Assembly (NCBI GenBank): GCA_000934665.2
Contig: KZ538133.1
Coordinates: 62,001 to 126,000 of the forward strand
Direction of reading: 5' to 3'
DNA length: 64,000 bases
From: Catajapyx aquilonaris
Lineage: Eukaryota
Positions 37,606 through 49,168 of the stretch are shown here, piece after piece. The notes beneath the pieces are model-generated. The model saw nothing but the letters and a program-made list of their open reading frames with translations, searched no databases and was not told the DNA's origin. A program made the position numbers and the translations under genes. The stretch's first letter is position 1, and the number at the start of each line of letters is the position of its first letter.

Positions 37606-40600
37606 ATTGGACCGGGCCTTTTCCTGTTGCAAAATGCAGCCAGCCATGGATGGAGATTAGCAGGGCCCACTCACACCCATATCTGCCACTCTTACCCACC
37701 ACGGCTGATGGCCTGGATGCCCGCACTTATGCAATTTATGCAAAATGGCCCCAAGGGCCTTCAAGAGTCTACCCGATGCAGACCGGCTCTACATCATATA
37801 TACGGCTATACTGCAGGCGGGATGCTCCATTACCTCTGCCTTAAAACGGTCCGTAATGGTGTGCGGTAGACTTTGCCTCTCACCCTTTTTTTGGACTAGT
37901 GCCTCACAATGGGAAAATTAATAGTGCAGGATCTCAGTATGTGTTAACTATTTTTGATTTGCATGTTCAGAAAATAATTATCTGGTGGGATGCACAACAA
38001 TTTTCTCACAGCTCACTATAGATGAATAGAGATTAGCCCTTAAGTAATTAACATATTGAATGCTGTAATGGATATACCGAACCTTGTTTTCGTTAGACTG
38101 GGGGGAGCATGCATATTGAACACTAATCCTATCATGGTATTGCACTAGAACCGAGTATTTTTTGTGGCTGCCCCTAGCCTGTCACAAGCTTGATCAAAAC
38201 AACAACGGCGATGTCATTCCCTGTTGCAGTACTGGCACTAATCCACGAATACACAACAAAAAACCCGCATCTTGACACGTGACAGAGTTAGACAGCTAGC
38301 CGATTCATAATTTCCTCCCGCAAAAGTGGATCAGTTTTTGGTCCGAAAATTGATAGGGACAATGCACACCGCAATGTATCTGTGAACTAATGAATCCCAC
38401 GATATACGTGCCAGCCATTATTAATTTCCAACATCATTTCGCACCAACCAAATCCGCCCATAATAGTCCTATACAGCACTAAAAATTATTTTTTTAAACG
38501 ACCCTCCTATTTTGCCCTATTAACCTGAACTTTCGCTCACCCTTGGCACTATTTCTATTACCTAACACCGCTGTTTTACTTTTAGAGCATGTAATTTTTA
38601 CGCCCTTCTTATTCCCAGCCTCTAGCCCTTGGATGTAAAAATTGCCATAACACTAGTTTTAGCACTTAGCCATTTTCGTCCCTCCATATCCACCTATTGA
38701 ATCTGTAATTTTAGACCTTGTTATAATCCCCCCCCCCCCTCTCTCTCCCGCCTCTTACACAGGCACCCAGTATGTAGATGGGAGGGAGGGAGGGAGGGGG
38801 GGGGGTTGAATTCCTTTAGTCCGCTGGGAGGCTGCTTTTAAAGCCGAATGGAAGTTACATGTAGTCCATGGACCTGCCTCAGGGGAACGGTTCGCCATGT
38901 TGGAAGCCGAGCCATGATTTTCTTCGCTCTCTAGCTATCCAGGTCTAACTGCGGTTCCCGGAAAATCCGGGGCTGTATCAAAATCTCGCTCGACTCCCAG
39001 ACTATTAATTTTTCGAGTTGCACTTTGAGATAAGCTGCCCTCCGGATTAATTTCCGCCCGGACTTAATTTATCGCTCATCGATCCGGATAAACTGTCCCC
39101 TATAGTTTAGACGCAGGAATCAGGGACATGAAAACACCAAGCAGCTAAAAAAGGGGGGGGGTCGCCATGTTCCGGAACATGTTCCCATCAATTCGTCTGC
39201 CGTATCTTTGCTCCGCATTGTTGCGCTAGACCCTAGTAAGGGCACATAAATCGTTGATTGGAATGGGGGGTATCTCCGATTTACAGCTGGCTCGCGGGTA
39301 CAGTAAGCCCAGCTGTTGTATCATTCATTACGAAAGAGCTGGTTAGTACCAGTTGGCAATGCGTCCCAGCTTTGAAAATTCCCAATGGGTGCAAAAAAAA
39401 AACGGCACGAAATAAAATTTCAGGTGATAAATTATATGAAGCAAACAGGTGATACTGCATTATGATATTCTCTATTCCTTGAACAATATGCGGGAGGGTT
39501 ACGACCGGAGACATTTTGCCTTCAGGGCTGGTGTTATCAGCCGGAAGTTCGTCGGAAGCAGCAAGGCAAGAATACAGTGGTTATTGAATTCCATGCTCAA
39601 TTTGAAGTGGAATGCCCCTGTTCCCGGCTGCTCTTTCTCCAGTAAAATATCGTTAAACTGCAGTATACCTGAGGATTTCCACAAGGCATCATTATTTTGG
39701 ACCCAGTAAGTTGTAGGCATCATTATTTCATTCCAATATATGAACGAAAGTTTTCTGCCCAATGGCTTCAAATTATTCCGTCTGCATATCTTCAACACTG
39801 GTACACTTGTGTAGGATTTATCTGGGTGTGGGAGTAGAGGCTACTGTTATTAAACAGTATGGAGTCAGAATGAGCAAATCCGGAATCTGACCCTTCCGGA
39901 TGATTGAAGGCTGACTTTGAGGATGAGGCGTGGCAAGAAGCTTGTATCTCCCTGAGGCTCTTAAAAGATGGAAGGTTAAGGGGGGGATGGAGGGCACACA
40001 ACGAGACCCTTGAGAAGTTCTCCTCCCTCCCCCATATCCTATGCTCCCACTCCCCCAAGGAAAAATACACCCCCTTCATCCCAAAGTCATGATGGAAGTT
40101 CAGGATTCCAGCTTTATTACTAGCCACAAAGTCCTCGGGGGAATCCCCGTAACGAAACGAAACGCATGCGCGAACCACTCTTACAGAAACCGCATTTCGG
40201 ATATAGGAAACTTGAGTAGGCCAGTATTGAGCCGCGAGACATATCAATATACGCACACAGTTTGTGCTGTGCTGTTGATGCCTTATAATCGAGAGTAAAA
40301 TAAAATATATTCAAACATAATGCACAAAAAAACATTAACAAATCACAGTAATTCATAATTGCATGCAAACCGCTGATTAGTGATACATTATGTTAAATAC
40401 TAATTAATGCATGAATATATGTACCATCAGCAGCAGTTAAGCACGTGCCAGATTAAAAACATACAGCGCCATTATGGTGCACATATACTGCAGAAATTGA
40501 CTCCAAATTGGAGTGAGAGGTCAATGTTCCATAATAGCTATAGCGGTTCATTTCTCGACTCAATTTAAAACCAGTCATCGTTTACATAACATACTTTATG

Positions 40601-43600
40601 CCAGCTATAATTTTTGGCCAAAATTTTTGGTTGTTATTAGCCTAGTATAAATATTGATCTCTCATTACATCCATTATCTGCACCATGTTGAACAAACTAT
40701 ATTTTCTGTCTTATCTCGATCCGCAAAAAAATGGGAAAAAAATGATAAATTATATAAAAAACGAGGAAAAACCCTCCCAGCAGAAATCTGGGGCTCCGAA
40801 CACGTAACTTGGCTTCCCCTGAGGCTAACCAATTACATTATTTTTCTGGAGCTGCTTCCCGCCAAAAAGAAAGTAAAAAATGAAGAGAAAGGCACAAAAA
40901 AGTCCCCCAGCTAAGAATAACCCGTGCAAACGAGGAGTCAAATGAGAAGCCCAAAGGCACATAAAAGGCGCTAAGGAGTTTTTTCTCTCTTTTTTTCTTG
41001 ACAATACCTTACTGAATTGGAGTTGAAAATTCACGTTGCCAGACGAATCAACACTCACCTGGAAAAAAAAGCACAAAGCGAAAACTCATTATTGGACGAA
41101 AAAAAGGGGAGGCAATTTTTTCCCAATTTTGAGGTTCCACAAACTCGAAATGAACTCTGGGGCGGATTAATAATTGCATTGTTTCTAGACAAGAACCAAT
41201 CATGACTAGAAAAAAAATGTCATTTGTGGAACTGCTAAAATGAAGTGATGGCAAAAAAATGTGACATTTTCACTCTGGACAAAAATATGTCAACATCCAT
41301 TGTTTGCAAAATGAATATTTTCAAAATTATTGTCACGTACATACATTTAACAAATTATGTGAAAAATCATCAGCACTTCCAACACACTATCAGTATGCCT
41401 TTGATAGTACACCAAACTAGTTTCATCCTATCACATCCCTTGACGAAACTTGGACATTACTAAAATCAGGTCTAATCTAACCTAAATTGGCGGCTCTGTC
41501 TCCTCAGGGTGAACTTCCAGTGAAGTCGTTAGGTGGGATTGTCTGTAGGGCACCACTTCAACTTGCACAAAATATACCTCACAGTACCACATCTTCAGTG
41601 TGCATTTGCCCAAACATGTCACTTGGGATGTGCTTGTGGCTTTTGCTATGTCAACTTCAGGAGGTCTGCCAAGAGAACTATAGAAGTGAAAGGAAGAGCC
41701 GGATGCTTAGCCCAACTTCTATATTATACGAGCATAATATTTCATAGTTACATTCTCCTGAAGTTTTTTTAAAAATGAGAATTCCTAACGAGCCGAAGTT
41801 CCGATATACTAGAAAACCCTTTTAGGTAGTGAAGTGTTTTTTTTTCAACATTATTTTCTGTACAACGAAATATTTCATAAAATCACACATGACAGGTTGC
41901 TGTCATGTCAACCGCCTAATCACCACTTCCTATCTAGAATAACAGTACTTTAGTTCAAAACTGCTAATTTTCCACCTGTCATTTCGTGCCAAGTGTATAC
42001 CATCCCCCCCCCCAAACCATCTGGCACATTCCAGTACTGTAATTACACTGTTGGTATCTGAGTGAATTAAAGTTGCTCGTTTCGTCTTGCTTTACACAAA
42101 CCCCCCCCCCCCCCTTCCACACCCTTCCATGCAACACACCGCCCTATTCCCGCGGACCCAAACTCACATGTAACGCAAATTGCAACATGCCCCGCGTTTT
42201 GTTGGCTTTGCTCGTTTGTCATTCCTTGCTTGGGAAAAGAGGGTTACAAAAAATAAAACACCCCCAGCAGCAGCACCAAGACCAGTCAGACACTGTGGGA
42301 ATTCTGCCAGCCTAATGTGTCTAGCGTGACTTTCACTCGGGGGTGTAAAGCACTGCCTAGAGCTAACCCCCATAGTCTACGCATTGTTGAGGACATACAA
42401 TGTCGGAGGCCCGGATTTATGATGGTGTTTTTGGAAGCTACAAGAAGCGATATTGTGATGCTATAAAGAGTGTGACGAGGCCGGAGAGATATTTTTTGTG
42501 GCATAAAAATGGTGGGTTTTTATGATATTTTACCAGGCCTTAATTTGAGTTTGATCAGGTGCGCAATTTTGTAACGTGTTCCCTGTGCTTTTATTTTTGG
42601 AGAAAATTTCCAACTGTTCTGGCTCGCGTTTTTCCCGGACTAGGAGTGGCGGGTAGAAAATTGGCATCAGGGCTTATGAAGGCAAAGTTGGTGACATGGC
42701 CTCTGGCACTCGTCTGCCTGGATTTCTCCACCATTTCTTCTTCCAAGCAGGTGAGTACCACGTATTGTATCCCACGGCTGGTAAAAACTGTCTAAAATAT
42801 TCCCATACATGATCACATTGTTGGCATATATCACTTAAAGCGATATCAACCTGGATTTAACTGTATGCATTTTAAATCTTCTTGTCATGGACATCAATCG
42901 GTGCTCTTATCTGTCCCGAGTCATGCCGCTTCATGCTTGCGTTGCCATAACAATTTCGATAAATCCTTTGATCCTACTGTATCAGCATATCTTGCGCTAT
43001 CGTGGAAAAATCTCTTTTGATAACATTTTCAAACCGAGTCAGAATTCTATCCCGCGTCATACCTCGGGATAGAAGCAGTGAGTTGGAGTTTGATATCCAA
43101 TGAGCTTGAAATTAAAGAGGTATTTTTTTTACCAAATTTTTGTTTAAAATTTATTTATTTAATTTTCGAAAAATAATGTCCAGGTTGACCCTAGAGATGG
43201 CGACTCAGTAGTTTCATCCTAGGTGTTATGCAACAGCACCTTTGTAACACAGGGTGTATACAGTGCAGGCGCAAAAGTCCTTGAGATTTGAAGTTGGGAC
43301 GCACTGGAAGGAAATCATTACTCCAGGCATGTGCAACATTTTCAGTCCGTAAAAAAGCAGCGGGAATGAGGCGAGGGATGCACAGTGTAATACTGTACTT
43401 TCGCCTGCTTTTGACAGAAAAGTTGCAATGTTCCACTGCACTAAAACCCTGCTTAAAATGTCATCTGGACATATCCGCAAGGTCAAAAGCTATCTGCTAA
43501 TCCCATGACATGTGTTGTTTTTTAAAAAAAGCAGATGTTACTAAAATTATTTCTAATGTCAATCATCCTAGTAATGTGCTTCTACGATTACACATCCCTC

Positions 43601-46481
43601 CCAGCTCCTAGAAAATCAGGCGTCATCCTGCATATAACTTCTCTACCTCGACATTTCTCTCCGCTTCCAAAGACTGGTTTCATTCGCGCCAGGTTGTTTA
43701 ATCTGCACAGGTGTAACGTGGTAAGAATCCAAAAGTTACCCAATGCCAACAGTTTCCAACTGGGTCAATTCCATGGGGCTGTATAATTTTGGATAAAGAT
43801 CACCTTGCAATTCCTATGCCGTGCACCACCGGAATTAGGGTCGCCTAAGGTTATATTTCTCAGCTGATTACTAGTTCCCGTTTCTATAATTTTCCAAAGA
43901 ATAAGCCAGAATCAACATTTAAACGTTTTGCCAATGGGGCCTGATTAATTGAAAGCATGTGACGTCTTTATAGCGATACCAGGTAGTGACTATTTTTTTC
44001 AAAAAAAATATAGAAATTAAATTTAAAATCAGATATATCCTGCTCTACACCTTGTTGAGCATGAAAACAGATTATGTAGCCATTTGTCACATTTTGCCCC
44101 AACCATTTACGATCTAAAGCCATATGTGTGGGTCGCATTTTAAAAGGCTGGTCCTGGTACATCTGGCCAATAATGGCGTAACATGGAGGTGTTTAATTAC
44201 AAGTAATGAGTTTAAAAACAGCCACTACAAAAATCAATAACATTACTCGCCCCCCTTTACACTATTTTGTAGCCCCACTATCCATAAAAAGCGTGAACCT
44301 GGAACGCTCTCCCCAAAAGTACCGGAGCCACGCGCAATTTGCGACCACAAAAAATACTTTGGCAAATTGTTTGGACGTGAATGGCGTGACACTGGATAAT
44401 CCTATGTCCCCTGTGGTCGTTTGTCATCTGAAAGGACAGTTTCGGGGTGAGAAAGTCACGTGCTATCACTAGTCCCCCCAGATCTCCCCTACTATAAAAA
44501 ATAGGTATGTCAGATTAGACAGGCTCGTGTCTTTCGTACGTGTACAATCATGTTTGTGTGTAGACATTTCGTGTTTGTCCCTCTTGTGTTGGTTTAGGGA
44601 AGACTAGTAGAAGGGGGAGGAGCAGTCGCGTGGGAATAATGAGCTGACCGGAATCATTATCCACAACTACCACTTCTACGACTGATATACGCCATCAGCC
44701 AGGCCCTTTGTCTGCATAACTACTCCCCAAATCATTTCCCTTCGGGAACTCTGCCTGCAACAAAAGTTGGAACTCCCACCCTCTTTGTCACTGTCACAGT
44801 TTCCAGAAAGTCGGACGTTGCCTTTTCAATTTGTGGGGGAGGGTCAGAGCGACGACATGAAACAATAGACACGTTCCGGACTTGTATGCGCTATCAAATG
44901 TTGTGCCTAATGAAATCTGCTTGTATCATAACTCCTCACAATGGAATAAGTCCTTTTGAACTTACAATAGCGTGTCGTGGACATTTTTTTTTGACAATAA
45001 AATTGCTTATGTAACACTCTCCACATCCATCACACACACGTAATAAGAATTGACTCCAAACTTTCCAGCACCTTCAGCCATAAAGTTCTGAAACATTCTA
45101 CAAAACAATTTCCCGATTCCGTGCCTCTTGATCTATACCAGGTATAACGCAAAACAAGCAGGGCTTCAAATACTCAGCCTGTCCACTATCGGAAAACTGT
45201 AATGTGTTCCTTCTCCGTTTTATTTCAGACACCCACCACCCCTTTTTCCCAAGAACGTCAGCAGTCCAGCCCTGTTTTTTTTTTTACGCTTGGAAACAAT
45301 TCCCACTGAGAGCAATCGTTGTTTTTTTCCACTTTCCCCCCCTTCCGAGGGAATCAATAGGAATCAGATCATCTGACACCCATAGACTCTCCAGTTTCGT
45401 GTCAAAATCGCATCGATCCCCTTTTCAACAATCGCGAACGCACGTAAAACTTCTTTCCATACATTCTACAAAAAATTTCACCTGCGTGTAACATATGGTG
45501 CTGACACCTATCCGAAATGTACAGCCGGTGACAGGACACGGAGTTGTCCTACGAAGGTTAACGGACCCAATCCGATGGGCACATAAAAAAAAAGAGAGAG
45601 AAAGAGAACAAACGACCCTCGTCGAAGATACCGTTTGGGACATGCACAGCCACTTCTGCCATGCTTGACAAATTGTTGGGAACTATTTTTGCGTCAGGAA
45701 AAGTTCCCAATCGAGATCGATGGCAGCCATTTCCTTTCGTGCACTTGATCAATGCGGATCGACTAGTTTGACACGCAAAACAAAAAGTACAAATCGTTTT
45801 ACTTTTTGGACGTAGATTTACAGGCTGGTTCTTCACAAAAGTTGGAAGAATTATTTTTTCTTACTTTCTTCAAAAGTAGTATATCACTTGTTTGCCTTTA
45901 GCTTGCGCAAGTAATGAATTGGTGTAATTTAATATGCACGCCTAATTAAAATATCTATACATATAAGGCAAAGTTTGTCCACACATTACATGGCACCTAT
46001 TCCGACGACTTGAAACTGTATAGTAACTAAAACAGCAGCGGAATTACCATGACACAAAATGGGCAACATTCCTCGCTAAATGTTTGACAATGACATAAAT
46101 ATTTGTCGCTCCAAATGCGACAGTGAAGCTTATGCTAAGTTCATTGACTTCGCTCGCAAGCCTGTCCCTGCAATCTAGGGAGAAGACTGCGACTGTTTCA
46201 AGCAAAATAATGTATTCTAGACAGTGCTCAGCCACCGGACTTGATAGTGTCAAGCCCCGTAACAGACGCCTGTTGGCCAACATTCCGAGTATGAGCACGG
46301 TGTCCAGAAAATATCCCCACACATTTACATATGTCTGCTTACCTTGACATTCGAGTGACCACATTGAAATATATTTTTTAAAAAGCCCAAAATTGACATT
46401 TGATTGGCATTCATTGGATTCATTGGCAGCACATTGAACGTGTGAATGGTGGATTGCATATTTACAACAATGCTGTGTCCC

Positions 46482-46496
46482 TCACTAGAGGGCAGT
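46482..46496 (+). promoter_or_regulatory. CTCF-like binding site
   Basis: TCACTAGAGGGCAGT matches the CCASYAGRKGGCRS core at all but the first base. TGCTGT 5 bp upstream resembles the CTCF upstream motif. Confidence 0.5.
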
Positions 46497-48378
46497 GGCG
46501 TCTGGGTGGGCATGGCGGGGGGGCTCTTTTGTAAGGAGTTGTGAAACGTCCTGGCAGCAGGCTATCCTGCGGGGTCAGACGGGTGACCTAGGAAAGTGGT
46601 TGACACGCCTAAATAAATCACTTTGCGTTAAATGTTCACTTGTTCAACGCTGCAGCCCCGCTTCCATGACTTATGTGGCGCAAAAGTGCGCTTGACAATA
46701 GATCGTTCCGCGCGAATACCCTCAGTTACAGCCTCAAACTATGCCAAACAAAGCAGACACGCAGCCATGTGCGTATAACTCAACCACCATTGCCAGATGA
46801 CCTCTTCCCTCTCTTGCCATCGTTGCCAGCTGTCCGCAACGATATCCTTGAGTTGCAAGCCTCGCAATTTCGTGCACGGTATGGGGATTGGTCCACGCCC
46901 ATTCGGCTCACGTATTTGGAAACCCTAGGGTAGGTATATTTCATCCCCCCCCCCCTTTCCAACCCCTACCCATACCACTTTCAACCCCCCCACAACCCCC
47001 AACCCATGTCAGCGGACAATCACGCGCTCAATGTTCTAATTACCCCCCACCAAGCGAGCAGGAAAACTACCCCCTATGCACCCACCATACCCCCTCCCCA
47101 CCCAAAAAAAAAACACACATACACATGGCTGGCGATTCTATGGAGAGCGAGTTGGCCTGCTCCAATGGCCATAAAATCGAGCCCATCATGTCCACTAGAC
47201 CCGTTTCAATTAACACTTAGTCCACATTTACTAATCTGTTTACTTTCCAATATTCCAAAACAATATGCATTACACTGCTGGTCCCCCCCGTTTGACTTTG
47301 CTCGCTTCATTTAGACGCTTTCAAAAGCCGCAATTGCAACGAATGGAGGGGGAGGGGGTATATGGAGGGATCAAAATTTACAAACAGCTTCGAACAATGG
47401 GGGATATATTTACGATGGGTGGGGTTCAAAAGGTCGACAATCGAAGCTCACAGAGGTCAGTAACTTGATTACACCATCTACAATCGGGGCATACATAACA
47501 TGGTGTATTCCGCAAATAAATCATAGAGGGTGGATCAAAAATACCGCCAATAAAAGTCACAAAATGAGGATAGTGTCCTGATCCTTCGTGTTGTAAAAGG
47601 TTTGAATTTGCATGGTTCTGAATGGCCGTTGCAAAGTTGGCTGCAAAATTGGTACAAAATGGTTGATTCTACAAAAATAACTACGTACAGCAGGATATGC
47701 TTAACTGCTTATTGTCATAATTATTGTGACAATAACTAATATTTGTGCAAGTTTTCAGCTATTTATTGCAGAATGTACAGTGCACAGACTTTGTCTTTAT
47801 TTGACAATGATGGTGCAAGTATTGATTTCATACCCAACTTTTGAATGTGTGATTGTTTTGGATGCCACCATTGGGGATATACTGGTGTTTTGACACTGGC
47901 TCCGCTAATTACGTTAATTAATCGTTTGACGTTTCTTGCGTCTGCCTAATTACGATGACCACTCATTTAGTCAGATGGCGGCGCATTTTAGCGAAAAAAC
48001 TAGTGCCAATAATTACCCGGCCCCAAAAAATTATTCACGTGCCTTCGAGTCTCGCAAGTATAGCCGTTACGTCCTATAAATAACCGACCGGATTAAAACG
48101 CACTATTTATTTGGCATCCGGATCATATGATTTTGTGATTATGATTCCATGGACCATCAAATCTCGGGCAAATAAAACGCGAAACTAATCCTGCATTGCA
48201 AATTTCATAATCGCTCCATAAAATTGCAAACATTAGGGAATTAATAACTGACCTCGGGACAAGTGCCCCTATATACGTAGAATGAAACGCGCTCGATGCT
48301 GCCTATTTTAAAATGTGAAAAACACCAACAAACATGACAACACTTTTTTTAAAAAACGATGGACGATGTTTATAGTAT

Positions 48379-48580
48379 ACTTATCGGTTTAACACAGTAT
48401 GAAGAACACTCGTGCTGCCTGCACACCAATATCCATTGTGTTGTAGTGTAGTATCAATAGCATGGAATCAAAAGTACAACTATCATACTTTTTGATTCCA
48501 TACTATTGATACTACACTACAACACAGTGGATATTGGTGTGCAGGCAGCACGAGTGTTCTTCATATTGTGTTATCGATAA

Positions 48581-48582
<2 letters not shown>
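48379..48582. repeat. Near-perfect long inverted repeat (fold-back element)
   Basis: The core stem of about 87 bp (48390-48476 with 48486-48573) has 3 transition differences and 1 indel around a 9-nt loop, CAACTATCA. An outer ACTTATCG/CGATAAGT pair extends it. Confidence 0.92.

Positions 48583-48644
<62 letters not shown>
48582..48644. repeat. (TTA)21 microsatellite
   Basis: Read directly. It explains the poly-L and poly-N ORFs in the track. Confidence 0.97.
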
Positions 48645-48645
<1 letters not shown>

Positions 48646-49132
48646 ACTCTAAAGTCTTTATGACACTGACGCGACGCATCCTCTTGAAATTTGACAAAAA
48701 ATGGACGCAGCCGAGTGTTGTAGTAGTTGTTTCCCCATGGGAATGAGTAAAGCAGTTTTCGTTGTTGAGGTGCAGGGTAGGCGCAATGATTATCCCTGGG
48801 AAACGAGCTCCCGTTGTGGAATCGCATGACCCGCAGGAATTTTTGCGGGAGGGCCCGGATTTATGCGCCCAATTTCCCACACGTAACCACCCCACGTGTA
48901 CTGGGGGACTCAGCAAAACAGAAGCCGTAATGCCTTTTACGACCAATCTCTTTTCTTTTTTCATATCCTCGCCTTCTAACAAAAACCCAGCAATCAAATC
49001 AAGGACCCAAGGCTCTCTTATCCTTCCCAAGAAAGTCAAAATGTCAGCTGTTAAACGCTCCCATGTCAAGAAACGTTATACTCAGATTATATTTATGACA
49101 GGAAAATATTATCAAAAGTACAGAAACTTGTT

Positions 49133-49168
49133 ACTTGCCCCCTCACTTGCTCCCTCACTTGCCCCTTT
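49133..49168. repeat. 12-bp tandem repeat, 3 copies
   Basis: ACTTGCCCCCTC ACTTGCTCCCTC ACTTGCCCCTTT. Confidence 0.75.

Noticed and set aside
48512..49069. 185-aa ORF with poly-Asn and the overlapping poly-Leu ORF
   Set aside because: These are read-through of the (TTA)21 microsatellite and the fold-back arm.
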